Shown piece after piece: positions 20,600-30,978 of a stretch of 64,000 nt of DNA (the stretch's first letter is position 1; each line of letters begins with the position of its first letter). The position numbers and the translations under genes are program-made. Source of the DNA: Obrimoposthia wandeli (lineage: Eukaryota); contig CDROCS010001089.1 of NCBI GenBank assembly GCA_977020255.1, positions 124,001 through 188,000 on the forward strand, written 5' to 3'. The notes below the pieces were generated by a model that saw only the letters and a program-made list of their open reading frames with translations, searched no databases and was not told where the DNA came from.

Positions 20600-21724
20600 A
20601 TGTCTACTATTGATCCTAATGGATTGCTTGAATACTCAGTGGTTTACACTGACCGCTCACTTAATCATATGTCTCAGTCATTCCAAGGAGTGATGAATGG
20701 GATTTCTTCTACTTTGAAAAAGGTCTATAACGCTCATTCTACAATTATAGTTCCGGGTAGTGGAACATTCGGCATGGAAGCTGTTGCTCGACAATTCGCG
20801 AGTAGCAATAAATGCTTAGTTATCAGAAATGGATGGTTCAGCTACCGCTGGAGCCAAATCCTAGAGATGGGCAGTATTCCTTCAACTTGTACTGTAATGA
20901 AAGCTCGTAAAATTTCAGATTCTGTTGATGCGCCATTTGCTCCTGCTCCAATCGATGAAGTTGTTGCCAAAATAAAAACTGAGCGACCAGATGTCGTATT
21001 TGCACCTCATGTTGAAACATCATCAGGAATAATCCTACCGAAAGATTACCTAAAGGCGATAGCCGATGCTGTTCACTCCGTAGGCGGCCTTTTTGTTTTG
21101 GATTGTATTGCCTCGGGTACCATCTGGGTAGATATGGAAGCTTGTGGTATTGATATTCTGATAAGCGCGCCTCAGAAAGGCTGGAGCGGATCTCCTTGTT
21201 GTGCTTTGGTCATGTTGAATCAGGTTGCACGTGAGCGTATTGATAACACACAAAGCTCAAGCTTTGCCTGCGATCTTAAGAAATGGCTACAGATTATGGA
21301 AACCTACGAAAACGGTGGCCATGCTTACCACGCTACTATGCCGACAGACTCCCTTGTCCGCTTTAATCAAGTGATGGCCGAGACCGAAGAATATGGTTTC
21401 GAAAAACTACGCGCTTCACAGAAAGAGCTAGGTGATAGGATTCGAGCTCTGCTAACCAGTAAAGGCATCAAAAGCGTAGCTGCTGAAGGATACCAAGCTC
21501 CAGGCGTTGTAGTCAGTTACACCAATGATGAGGCAATCCATAACGGTAGTAAATTTGTCGCCGAGGGTATACAAATTGCTGCAGGCGTACCCCTTAAATG
21601 CGATGAACCTGAAAACTTCAGAACCTTCCGGCTTGGCCTTTTTGGCCTGGACAAGTTGTATGATGTTGACACTACAGTTTCTAAATTCGAGCAGGCACTT
21701 AATCTGATACTAAACGCTAAGTAA
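20600..21724 (+). CDS. Class V PLP aminotransferase (alanine-glyoxylate/serine-pyruvate type)
   Basis: PGSGTFGMEA, PHVETSSG, LDCIASG and PLP lysine SAPQKGW. Confidence 0.85.
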   Translation: MSTIDPNGLLEYSVVYTDRSLNHMSQSFQGVMNGISSTLKKVYNAHSTIIVPGSGTFGMEAVARQFASSNKCLVIRNGWFSYRWSQILEMGSIPSTCTVMKARKISDSVDAPFAPAPIDEVVAKIKTERPDVVFAPHVETSSGIILPKDYLKAIADAVHSVGGLFVLDCIASGTIWVDMEACGIDILISAPQKGWSGSPCCALVMLNQVARERIDNTQSSSFACDLKKWLQIMETYENGGHAYHATMPTDSLVRFNQVMAETEEYGFEKLRASQKELGDRIRALLTSKGIKSVAAEGYQAPGVVVSYTNDEAIHNGSKFVAEGIQIAAGVPLKCDEPENFRTFRLGLFGLDKLYDVDTTVSKFEQALNLILNAK

Positions 21725-21848
21725 CTGGATTTCATTTTAATATCACATTTACCTAACTGCTCGTTGTATAGAGAAAAGAGTATTCAAAACACTTACTCTT
21801 TTGATCAGTTAATAAATTTCTCATAATATCAATAGAAGGTTCTCAACG

Positions 21849-22277
21849 ATGAAGATGGTACCAAAACTCTCTCTTAAAGATGCGCAGGTAATTATGCAGG
21901 CCTGTATAGAAAAGGCTGTAATTATCGGTATTGATATGGATATTGCTATTACCGATGACAGTGGCAACTTGGTTATGTTTCAACGAATGGATGAAGCCCG
22001 AATTACCAGCATTGACATCTCTATTGGAAAATCATTCACAGCCTCGGCAGGGCGAAAATCAACTCGTGCTTATGGAGAAATCAGTACCCCAGGTAAACCC
22101 GCCTTCGGAATTAACACTAGCAATCAAGGAAAATTTTCTATTGTACCCGGGGGAGTGCCTTTATTTGCCGGCGAACAAATAGTTGGTGGTGTAGGCTGCA
22201 GCTCTGGTACACCGGATCAAGATGAACTTGTTGCTCTCGCTGGTGTGGATGCTTTTCAAACACACGTATACAAGTAG
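21849..22277 (+). CDS. GlcG/HbpS-family heme-binding protein
   Basis: IAITDDSGNLVMFQRMD, GGVPL and GGVGCSSGTPDQD. Confidence 0.85.
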   Translation: MKMVPKLSLKDAQVIMQACIEKAVIIGIDMDIAITDDSGNLVMFQRMDEARITSIDISIGKSFTASAGRKSTRAYGEISTPGKPAFGINTSNQGKFSIVPGGVPLFAGEQIVGGVGCSSGTPDQDELVALAGVDAFQTHVYK

Positions 22278-22500
22278 CACCGTTTATGACACTCATGCGC
22301 TGTGGCTGCTATTTTCCACAGCGTTACCCTTGTATTACGTTCCATATTTCAACGAGCCCATACTATGAATTTATTTCAGCATTGTCACTTCTAATATAGC
22401 GTCATCATCTAGGCGGTACGCTGGTATTGTAATTACTGCATCAGTTAACTAACACAATTAACCCGTTGATGTAGTGATACGTGGGTAACAGGAAATATCT

Positions 22501-23517
22501 ATGGATAATCCAACTAACATTTCAGCTATTACTTCTTCGCATACTAAAATGTCCCGCGTGGGCTTTCTACTCTTGGAAGATTACTCGATGATAGCTTTGT
22601 CTTCGGCAGTAGATACGTTGTGCATGGCTAATCAATTATCGGGAAAAGAATTATATAAATGGTTTTTGGTTAGTACGAATGGAATGAGTGTGCAGGCAAG
22701 TAATGGATTGACGATGGAGGTAGATGCAGCGATGGAAAATGCTCCTTTTGTCGATACACTTATAGTCGTGGGTGGCTTAAATATAGCCAAATACTCTTAT
22801 AGAGAAGAAAAAAAATGGTTGAAAGATAAAGTCATTAAAAATGTAACGATAGGGGGAATCTGTACTGGAGCATATTTATTAGCTGATGCAGGCCTGTTAG
22901 ATGGATACACTTGTAGTACACACTGGGAGCATTTAGCCTCACTGCAAGAAATTTATCCTAAAGTAAATTTTAATCAATGTTTGTTTACCCATGACAGAAA
23001 TAGATTAACCTGTTCTGGCGGCAGTGCCTCGATGGATATGTTACTAAATATAATAGCCTTGCAACATGGGCACGCACTTAGCATTACTATATCAGATATG
23101 TTTGTCTGTGATAGAGTTCGTTCACAATACGAACGACAAAAGGTGCCGTTAAAGCCCTTCCTATCTTCAGCCCAATCTGACTTGATTGAAGTAGTGCATT
23201 TAATGGAAGAAAATATTGAGAAGTTAATTGAGCTAGATGAACTTGCAAGATTCATTTGCGTTTCAAGGCGCCAGCTAGAGCGCATGTTTAATCGTTATTT
23301 TAATATTACACCCAACAAATATTATCTTAAATTGCGCTTAGAACGAGGAAGACAGCTTTTAAAACAAACTAGCTTATCTGTAATAGAAATATCTTTAGCA
23401 TGTGGCTTTGTTTCATCATCACATTTTAGTACTTGTTATAGTAAGAGTTTTGGTACCAACCCTAAAGCAGATAGATATAAGAAAGAGCCTAGACAGTATA
23501 TAGAATCGAGAGCATAA
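22501..23517 (+). CDS. GlxA-family AraC regulator (GbdR-like)
   Basis: DJ-1-like N-domain (FLLLEDYSMIALSSAVDTLCMANQLSG, GGICTGA) and C-terminal AraC HTH (SRRQLERMF, ACGFVSSSHFS). Confidence 0.85.
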   Translation: MDNPTNISAITSSHTKMSRVGFLLLEDYSMIALSSAVDTLCMANQLSGKELYKWFLVSTNGMSVQASNGLTMEVDAAMENAPFVDTLIVVGGLNIAKYSYREEKKWLKDKVIKNVTIGGICTGAYLLADAGLLDGYTCSTHWEHLASLQEIYPKVNFNQCLFTHDRNRLTCSGGSASMDMLLNIIALQHGHALSITISDMFVCDRVRSQYERQKVPLKPFLSSAQSDLIEVVHLMEENIEKLIELDELARFICVSRRQLERMFNRYFNITPNKYYLKLRLERGRQLLKQTSLSVIEISLACGFVSSSHFSTCYSKSFGTNPKADRYKKEPRQYIESRA

Positions 23518-23647
23518 AAATCTGGGGGACAATAACTGTTTATGTCGCAAAGTTTACTGAGTAAATGGATAATATCTAATTTTTGTAGCTGTACGATAAG
23601 TTAACTGACTGCCTGCTTTTAACTGCAGCCATACTTAGGGATACGTT

Positions 23648-24058
23648 TTACATAGCGGCACGCAGTTCAATGTCATTACCGTCAATATCTTTTAGATAGA
23701 GTGAACGCCCCAAACCTTGAGCACCATATCTCTCTTGAAACTCCCCCACTTCTACTCCCTTATCTTGGAGGTATAATTTGAGTTCCTCTTCATCAAATGC
23801 TTCTATCTGCAAGCAAAAGTGATCAAGGTTGTGTCCCGTTAATGCTGGCGCGGGTCCTCCCATTCTACCTAATTTTGCATTTACATCGACAATATCAATA
23901 AGAGATGTGCCTGCTCTAAGCTGGGTCAAACCTATGTCACTTGATAATATTCGCTCTACAACACAGCCTATCACTTCACAGTAAAAGCCAATAAGCTCCT
24001 GGTATCGTGCTGTGCGTAATACAATATGATCTATCCCCTTAGGTTTAATCATAAACAT
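23648..24058 (-). CDS. VOC/glyoxalase family protein
   Basis: IDHIVLR, NLDHFCL and YLKDIDGNDIELR. Confidence 0.85.
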   Translation of the reverse strand: MFMIKPKGIDHIVLRTARYQELIGFYCEVIGCVVERILSSDIGLTQLRAGTSLIDIVDVNAKLGRMGGPAPALTGHNLDHFCLQIEAFDEEELKLYLQDKGVEVGEFQERYGAQGLGRSLYLKDIDGNDIELRAAM

Positions 24059-24084
24059 GTTCCTTGTATAAAAATTTAGACACT

Positions 24085-24330
24085 ATCAGGATAGAGCGAT
24101 CCGTGCCAGACCAACCACACAGATCTGTACGTGCAGAATTACCGCATCCGGCTCCTCAGCTATCTTTCACTCGTGCAATCTCACGAAACGAGTCACCTGA
24201 CAACTCGCATACCTATTCTATGAAATTGTAACGACTTTAAGCTCAAGACACTCTAACATTTCCCTAAATCGACTCCAACTTTACCTTCGACGACTTATAT
24301 AAACTATGTAGACGCCTTCTAGCTCTCAAA
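24085..24330 (-). mobile_element. Group II intron 3' remnant (domains V and VI plus a decayed maturase tail)
   Basis: Minus strand GAGCCGGATGCGGTAATTCTGCACGTACAGATCTGTGTGG...CTCTATCCTGAT: domain V with an AGC triad, a domain VI-like stem and an AY 3' end. The upstream frame SRRR*SWSRFREMLECL resembles a maturase tail. Confidence 0.7.
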
Positions 24331-24491
24331 CTGTTATGAGCGCTTTGGCTGTAAAAGATCATCATTTTCTGTATTTTAAGCTAGCCGCTTATAACACTGT
24401 TTTGTGGAACACTCATGGATTTCTAAAGTGCCTCTAGACTTGGCCGTATTTGCCGAAATTTGATGACACCACTCACTTTTTAAGTGGTATT

Positions 24492-24887
24492 TCACCAACG
24501 AATGCCATATTTCTTTTTGACTTTAGCATACAAGTTTAAATCATCATTGCATGCATTTTGATTCCAGCCTTGTCCTACCACGCCAACATAAACAAAAAAT
24601 ACTGACAGGCAAGCAATCACTGCACTTCCAAAGATCTTCTGTGTGATTGAACCTGCGCTTTTACATAGGATAAAAATAATAAAAACACCAACAATAGCAG
24701 CTATAAAACAGATTATTCGGCGCGCTAAAATCCAAGTGATAGCGACTATTCTTTGCCCTCTAGTTGGGTGACGGTTTCGACTTGGTGATATGTACCAACA
24801 AAATAGACAAGCCATGGATATAACGAGTGCTAACCAAAACCACAATGGCATATTTATCCCCAGCATAGAATAATTACAACTTAACAA
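24492..24887 (-). CDS. Hypothetical small membrane protein (likely start ATG 24851)
   Basis: Three hydrophobic segments; no family recognised. Confidence 0.55.
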   Translation of the reverse strand: MLSCNYSMLGINMPLWFWLALVISMACLFCWYISPSRNRHPTRGQRIVAITWILARRIICFIAAIVGVFIIFILCKSAGSITQKIFGSAVIACLSVFFVYVGVVGQGWNQNACNDDLNLYAKVKKKYGIRW

Positions 24888-25165
24888 GGCTGGAGAATTT
24901 CTAAATCCTCAACCCGCTTGTTTGAATAAGGCAGTCACAATATTTCACATCGACTCAATATTCAACAGCTCAATCCATTTTCAATAACGAATGGAATAAA
25001 TTGAGTTCTCAAATAGAAATTAAGCTAATAATGAAGATATGATTTGCACTATTAATGTGAGGACTTTGCTTTATTAACTTCTCATACACAATCGTTTTAG
25101 TATTCATTCCTTATGGTCATCAATGTTACTATAGTGATAACTCATATTCATAAAATGGACATCAA

Positions 25166-25504
25166 ATGACGACTCAAAATACTGTTAACAAAGATGTATT
25201 TTTGGCTTTTCAAATTATTCCCCGCTTAAAGGAAGGTAATAATTTTGAAGTAGTTGATAAAGCCATTGAAGTTGTAAAAGCTGCCAACGTACCACATCAA
25301 GTAGGCGCAATGGAAACGACCATGAAAGGTGAGCTTAATCACTTACTTGAAATTGTCAAAGATGCACAACAAGCTTGCTATGATGCTGGAGCATTAGAAG
25401 TCATAACTAACATAAAAATACATAGCAAAACACAAGCTGCCACCGATACTTTCTGCACATATGATCGCGGTGTTACAAAAGCTAACCATATGTTCGTAGA
25501 TTAA
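25166..25504 (+). CDS. Thiamine-binding protein family (YkoF/MTH1187/DUF77)
   Basis: AFQIIP, VDKAIEVV and VGAMETTMKGEL. Confidence 0.8.
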   Translation: MTTQNTVNKDVFLAFQIIPRLKEGNNFEVVDKAIEVVKAANVPHQVGAMETTMKGELNHLLEIVKDAQQACYDAGALEVITNIKIHSKTQAATDTFCTYDRGVTKANHMFVD

Positions 25505-25741
25505 CTTTGTTAGTCATCATTGATTAATATGTCAATGGTGGCTAACACCCGCCCATGGATAGACGATCAAAAAGTTAGCAAGGATTGGTCTGAAATGCGC
25601 GCCAGCAACCGAAGATCACAAATATCTTGTTGCTATGAAGCTAAGTTCAGTCAAATGACAAGATTACTTTGCCTATTATCGCTCCAATCAAACCCAAACC
25701 GTTAGCCATCTGCAGCAACAGCTGACGAAAATAGTATTCTT

Positions 25742-26986
25742 CTAAGATTCTTTTTCACTATTGTGTTGCACCATCACTTGAAAAAATAGTACTGAAAGCA
25801 ATGCACATATCACCATCGCAACAACCATGGGTATTGCCGTTCCATTGTGGACAAAGCCCACCACAAAAGTTGCCGCCGCTCCTAAGAGGATTTGTATAAA
25901 TCCAGCCAAGCCTGATGCTGTGCCTGCCAGCTTAGGTTCAACACTGAGTGCCCCTGCCATTCCATTGGGAATTGCAATTCCGTTGGAGCAAGCAATGAGC
26001 GCCATTGGCATAAATAAATATGCAGCATGTGAAAAACCTACATAGCTAAAGTAAACTAATACGCTGGCCCCTAACACTAAAACGGCACTGCCCATTCTTA
26101 ACATTAATTGAGCTGATAACCTGGTAGCAAAGCGTCCTGAAATAAAGTTTCCGCTCATATAACCGCAAGAAACCATTATAAAATAAAAGCCGTATTCACT
26201 CGGTAACAATCCTAGTACTTGTGTGGCGTAAAAAGGTGCGCCTGCGATAAAAGCAAAGAACACAGCTGATCCAAAAGAGGTTCCCAATACGTACCCTAAA
26301 TACTGGCGTCTTACTAACAACACTTTGTATTTCGAAAAAATATTATTGAGTTTCATGTCGCTAACCAACTGCTGATTAGTTTCATGTAATTTGGTGGCAC
26401 TGATTAGCAATAGCACGAACCCAAACAGAGAAACCAAATAGAAACTGGCTCGCCAACTATACCACTGGTCCAAATACCCACCAATTATCGGAGATAGCAT
26501 GGGAGCAATGGCCATCATCATGGTCATATAGCCTAATATGCTGGTTGCTTTTTGCTGGTCATATAAATCTCTTACGACGGCTCGGGTAATAACAATTCCG
26601 GCACAGCCCCCTGCTGCTTGAAATATTCTACCGATAATTAATTGCTCAATGTTAAAGGCGAAAGCACAGGCAAGGCTGGCAACGACGTAAATAAAAACGC
26701 CTCCTAGAATGACAGGTCTTCGCCCATACTTATCTGATAATGGGCCTAATATCAATTGAGACACCGCCGTTGCTACTAAGTATAACGTTAATGTTAACTG
26801 GGCAATGTCATAACTAGTATTTAAAGACTTAGTGAGGCTTGGCATAGACGGCAAGAAAATATTTAATGCTACAGGGCCTATCGCAGATAAGACGACTAAA
26901 ATAGCAATGTGCGGCTTAATTACAGCCTGAGTGTGAGTGTTCATTAATCCTCGATCTTTTTTTAATGCAGTCAAACACGACAACAT
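25742..26986 (-). CDS. Bcr/CflA-family MFS efflux transporter (likely start 26944)
   Basis: NIFLPSMP, GPLSDKYGRRPV, RAVVRDLY, WRASF and AGTASGL. Confidence 0.88.
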   Translation of the reverse strand: MLSCLTALKKDRGLMNTHTQAVIKPHIAILVVLSAIGPVALNIFLPSMPSLTKSLNTSYDIAQLTLTLYLVATAVSQLILGPLSDKYGRRPVILGGVFIYVVASLACAFAFNIEQLIIGRIFQAAGGCAGIVITRAVVRDLYDQQKATSILGYMTMMMAIAPMLSPIIGGYLDQWYSWRASFYLVSLFGFVLLLISATKLHETNQQLVSDMKLNNIFSKYKVLLVRRQYLGYVLGTSFGSAVFFAFIAGAPFYATQVLGLLPSEYGFYFIMVSCGYMSGNFISGRFATRLSAQLMLRMGSAVLVLGASVLVYFSYVGFSHAAYLFMPMALIACSNGIAIPNGMAGALSVEPKLAGTASGLAGFIQILLGAAATFVVGFVHNGTAIPMVVAMVICALLSVLFFQVMVQHNSEKES

Positions 26987-27561
26987 GAAAAATGTATGAT
27001 GGTTTAAATAGAAGTACTAGGAGGTGTTCGATTACTAAGATACTGATTAAAAAGACTATACACTGATATTTCTGAACAGCCTATTAAACGCAATAAATAT
27101 AAAATAACTAGCGGTGTAGGGTCCTCCACATGCTAGGTAATAAACCGTTTTTTAACATCGCATTATGAAATGCTGCTTCCCTACTGAGAGCCCATATTAG
27201 CTATTAATTTAAACTTAAAATAGCTAGAAAGGCATAGGCTTATTAACCTACTCAAAAATATATCTAAATTCAACTTAAGCTAAATTTAGTTTGATAAAAA
27301 TCAGTGGTTAGCCTCTATTCACTCACTGCCAAAATAGAGGCGATCGTTATATCTTTGCTTTGTATTAGTCGTTCCAAATTTAATCTCTGCTTATTTTTTT
27401 AATTCTTATTTATCTATTCATTATTTCTTAAATTAAAACTTAGCCATAATTTAAACTAAAATTAAGTAATTATGCCGCCTTTCAACACCGAGAATAACCA
27501 GCATTTTCTATTGCCGACTTAGTCATTTTTAGTACATAATAATAACTCAGCTTAATTAGAG

Positions 27562-28305
27562 GTGAATATGTGTTCAATACGTACAACATTCAATTCGCTG
27601 TTAATTATTATTTTATTAGTTATTTATTTGTTCATGCACTTAGCTAAAGCAGCTGCTCTTGAAGACTTTAAGATTCTGACAGAAGAATACCCACCTTATA
27701 ATTACCTCAACAGTGAGGGTGATTTAGCAGGCACTGCGGTTGATTTGTTGATCAAAGCATATGCTAATGCAGGTATTTCGCTCAATACGAAAAGCATCGA
27801 AATACAACCTTGGCCAAGAGCCTACCGTCACCTATTAAAAAGCAGTAATACCATATTATTTTCTATGACAAGGAACCCACAACGCGAAAATCTGTTTAAA
27901 TGGGTAGGCCCTATCAGTAAAACCAAAGTAGTATTAATTGCTAAAAAAAATCGTAACATTACTATTAAGACAGCAGATGATTTAAAAAAATATACTATTG
28001 GTGGCATACGAGATGACATTGGCTTACAGCTGGTATCAGAGCTTTTAGCTGACGTAAAAAATAAAAATTTAGTCTCGGCTCCCACTACCTCTTCTTTGAC
28101 GGGTATGCTTAAACTAAATCGAATCGATCTATGGGCTTATGAAGAAAATGCCGCTAAGATTTTTCTCGAGCGCTATGGAGAAGATGTTACTCACTATGAA
28201 GCTGTTTATACATTAAGTGAAGCACTGATATATTTCGCATTTGGCCTAAACACTGAGCAAAAAATTGTGGATAGGCTACAAAAAGCGATTGATTCGATTA
28301 ACTAA
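27562..28305 (+). CDS. Orphan family-3 periplasmic substrate-binding protein
   Basis: TEEYPPYNY, PWPRAY, RNPQRENLFKWVGP and RIDLWAY; no adjacent permease. Confidence 0.8.
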   Translation: MNMCSIRTTFNSLLIIILLVIYLFMHLAKAAALEDFKILTEEYPPYNYLNSEGDLAGTAVDLLIKAYANAGISLNTKSIEIQPWPRAYRHLLKSSNTILFSMTRNPQRENLFKWVGPISKTKVVLIAKKNRNITIKTADDLKKYTIGGIRDDIGLQLVSELLADVKNKNLVSAPTTSSLTGMLKLNRIDLWAYEENAAKIFLERYGEDVTHYEAVYTLSEALIYFAFGLNTEQKIVDRLQKAIDSIN

Positions 28306-28348
28306 TGTAAGCTAGCGAGCCTAACATTACTCAGCCTTAAATGTGTAT

Positions 28349-29152
28349 TCAACTCGCTCCGGCTCCTTTTCGGGACTCTTCATTACTTTCAACCAGCACA
28401 CCTTCACCTATTTGATTAATAGAAGCCCATAGCGGTTCAGATATCTCAATACCGTACTCAACGCTATTTAGCTTGTTAGCCGCAATTTGTGCACTGCTGA
28501 TATACTTGGCCTTACCTTGCCCTACGCCATCTTCTAGTGATGATTGGTCTTTCAGTGAAGAAGATAAATCCACTCGGGTACTACAAATGATGGTTAGACT
28601 TTGTTGCTGATCTGCTGCAGGTGGCACATCGCGATTATTGCCTACGCTCCCTTCAGCGCTATCCTCAACGCTCGCTTCATGATAACTAGGGTATTTATGG
28701 CCTGATTTAATAGCCGCAGTATGCTCAGTAATGACTTTGGATCCATTTCGCCAATAGGCAACAATACTGACGCCTCTGCGGCCACAATCGGTTAATGCTT
28801 TTAAAACAAACATGCGATTATGACAATTACGGATGGTCACGGTGGCTATACCGTTTTGCACTGATTTCAAGTAAGCCACATCTAGTGCAGCCGCAATACT
28901 ATTTAGTGAGCTGCGATTATGGCTATCTACCACAATGGCTGAGCTATCTTCATAAACAATGGTACTCGGTTGTTTATCTTGATCTAAGCCAATATAGGGC
29001 AGACAGCTATTAAACTCAGCCAATCCATTTAAACCATGCTTTTCTAACCACAAAATCATTTCAGCGGCATCTTCGTAATGGCCAACAAAATATCCTGTGG
29101 CTTCAAAACAACGGCGCAATGCAGCTTTTAGCTCTATCATTGATACATGCAC
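28349..29152 (-). CDS. DUF3726-like protein (resembles the Ldh_2 malate/L-sulfolactate dehydrogenase fold)
   Basis: N-terminus IELKAALRRCFEATGYFVGHYEDAAEMILWLEKHG and an Ldh_2-like tail NSVEYGIEISEPLWASI ending ESRKGAGA. Confidence 0.6.
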   Translation of the reverse strand: MHVSMIELKAALRRCFEATGYFVGHYEDAAEMILWLEKHGLNGLAEFNSCLPYIGLDQDKQPSTIVYEDSSAIVVDSHNRSSLNSIAAALDVAYLKSVQNGIATVTIRNCHNRMFVLKALTDCGRRGVSIVAYWRNGSKVITEHTAAIKSGHKYPSYHEASVEDSAEGSVGNNRDVPPAADQQQSLTIICSTRVDLSSSLKDQSSLEDGVGQGKAKYISSAQIAANKLNSVEYGIEISEPLWASINQIGEGVLVESNEESRKGAGAS

Positions 29153-29154
29153 AA

Positions 29155-30978
29155 TTACAGCTCCTTCTTTACGGACGTTGGTATTTCTAGATTAGGCGCT
29201 AGCGGTAGGAACCAATCATCGCTAAAAGGTTGGCCGATTTCTTCTAGTAAAGGCGCACCTTGAAACATCGTATTCCTCACCCAAAGTTTAGATTTCGGGT
29301 CAAATTTACCAACTCCGAAAAAGGCTAATTTACAGCGTAGCAAGTGCATCGGCAGTACATCTTTATCCAACAAATTGACTTGAATATCGCCGTATAAACC
29401 GTTATTCATACTTTGGATACGCCTAACTATGCCACGTAAATGTGGATGTGCTTGTACAAAGTGAGCACAGCGCGGGTTTTCATTGGAGTCTTCGCGATAT
29501 GCTTTTAGTAAGTCATAACATTTACGCACTTCATAGGCGATACCCAGTGGCATTTGTCGCTCAGCACCCGGCTCTTGGTTCGTTTTACCTAAACGCGGTT
29601 CCATTTTTTCTTCTGATCTATACCAAAAATTAGCCAAACTATCAGGTTGGCTGAAGTCGTATTTCAACGCCCAATCATAGCGCTCTTCTATCACTTGCTG
29701 TAATTGCATTAGCGACATTAGCGGCTCAATATCTAAGATGTCGTCAACGACTAAAAAATCCTCAAGATCCTCAACATGCTCTGGATATAGCTCTAATAAG
29801 ATAGACACCAACATTTCTTGACCTTGCAAAGAGCAATGCTCTTCAGTCCAACTGATCACCTCATCCCAATGGGTAAATCCTTTATCAACAAAAGCACTCA
29901 ACAGCTGAAAATCTAACAGCATTTTTTGGTTATTGTCAGTTTGCTGCTTATCTTCGGTAACAGTTTGTTCGGTATACTCGATGGCGCGTTTAATCAGCAA
30001 CTGCATTTTTTGCTTAATTGTAGTGCTTTGCCCGCCTAACACTCGAATTCTCGCTAGGGCTAATTCGCGCATTTCTACCCAGCGATTAATCAGTAACGGG
30101 TGATTTATCAAATACGGAGCCATGCCTAAACCAGTTGAATTACCAATGCCGATAAAGCGTTTAATTTCTACGTGCATTGGCTGGTAGCTGCCAGGCGCTT
30201 TATTTTTCGCTATATGCTCAACTTGTAATAAACTAAAATTGCGCAGCATTAAACACACAAACATTTCGGCAGAAAATGGGCGGTTAAAATCAGCGAAATG
30301 CGTGCTCACTTTTTCCCAATCAGCCATACCTAATTTACCACTGCCATAAACGGCTGTGGTTCGGTACAAATAACCCACTTGCGCTATCTTATCAATAGAT
30401 GGCTGCTCTCCACTGGCTAATACATCCACCATATAGTCAAAATTACGCGCACTGCGATTCGCCCTCGATAGAACAAAGACTCTAGAGTCAACTCTGCCCG
30501 CTTCTTGTTTGGGTACATTATTGCGCAGCTGTGTTAAATATTGTTCATCAATTTCACCATCCACCAGCGCCATAGTTAAATCCCATTGGCTGGCAATCAC
30601 TCGATCGTTTCGATCCTCAGGGGCTAGATAATTGGAAAATACTACAAAGTTGTATACGCGATTGGCCGTATTAATCTTATAAATAACCGTGCCATAACCA
30701 TCAACGTCCAAATCTAACTGATCAATACTTATTTGCCAGCGTTCACGCATAATGCGGCGCACTAATGTGCGCATAAAGCTCAACCTGCTTTGATGCATAG
30801 CGCCTAATCGCTCAATATCCATCACTTGGTGTGTTGAGCGTAAAGGCAGCGCTGTATCGCCACGAAGTTCGCTTGATATTGCAGCTGGGAGTGTCATTTC
30901 ATTATTTTTTGGCATTGCACAGCTCATTATTATTTTAGCCTGAGGCCTTTGCACAACGATCACATGCACAAGACACAA
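29155..30978 (-). CDS. Conserved hypothetical protein of about 600 aa, co-transcribed with DUF3726
   Basis: Long intact ORF ending 2 bp before the DUF3726 start. Segments LGAMHQSRLSFMR, VLSRANRS, YLYRTTAVYGSGKLG and KFDPKSKLWVRNTMFQGAP are ones I recognise from marine-bacterial hypotheticals. The start codon is uncertain. Confidence 0.75.
   Translation of the reverse strand: MCLVHVIVVQRPQAKIIMSCAMPKNNEMTLPAAISSELRGDTALPLRSTHQVMDIERLGAMHQSRLSFMRTLVRRIMRERWQISIDQLDLDVDGYGTVIYKINTANRVYNFVVFSNYLAPEDRNDRVIASQWDLTMALVDGEIDEQYLTQLRNNVPKQEAGRVDSRVFVLSRANRSARNFDYMVDVLASGEQPSIDKIAQVGYLYRTTAVYGSGKLGMADWEKVSTHFADFNRPFSAEMFVCLMLRNFSLLQVEHIAKNKAPGSYQPMHVEIKRFIGIGNSTGLGMAPYLINHPLLINRWVEMRELALARIRVLGGQSTTIKQKMQLLIKRAIEYTEQTVTEDKQQTDNNQKMLLDFQLLSAFVDKGFTHWDEVISWTEEHCSLQGQEMLVSILLELYPEHVEDLEDFLVVDDILDIEPLMSLMQLQQVIEERYDWALKYDFSQPDSLANFWYRSEEKMEPRLGKTNQEPGAERQMPLGIAYEVRKCYDLLKAYREDSNENPRCAHFVQAHPHLRGIVRRIQSMNNGLYGDIQVNLLDKDVLPMHLLRCKLAFFGVGKFDPKSKLWVRNTMFQGAPLLEEIGQPFSDDWFLPLAPNLEIPTSVKKEL

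Noticed and set aside
15924-21724. Beta-hydroxyaspartate cycle (bhcR-bhcABCD)
   Set aside because: The IclR is BhcR-like and an aminotransferase is near, but no dehydratase, BhcC-type aldolase or iminosuccinate reductase is adjacent.
24085-24160. Class IIC attC-targeting intron
   Set aside because: Domain V has an AGC triad and standard length rather than the shortened CGC form, and no clear attC lies at the junction.
25000-25165. TPP riboswitch upstream of the thiamine-binding protein gene
   Set aside because: No CTGAGA or GAACCTGA-type conserved elements were found by eye.
25520-25705. 61-aa ORF or gene remnant after the ykoF-like gene
   Set aside because: No recognisable motif in any frame and no convincing RBS; left unassigned.
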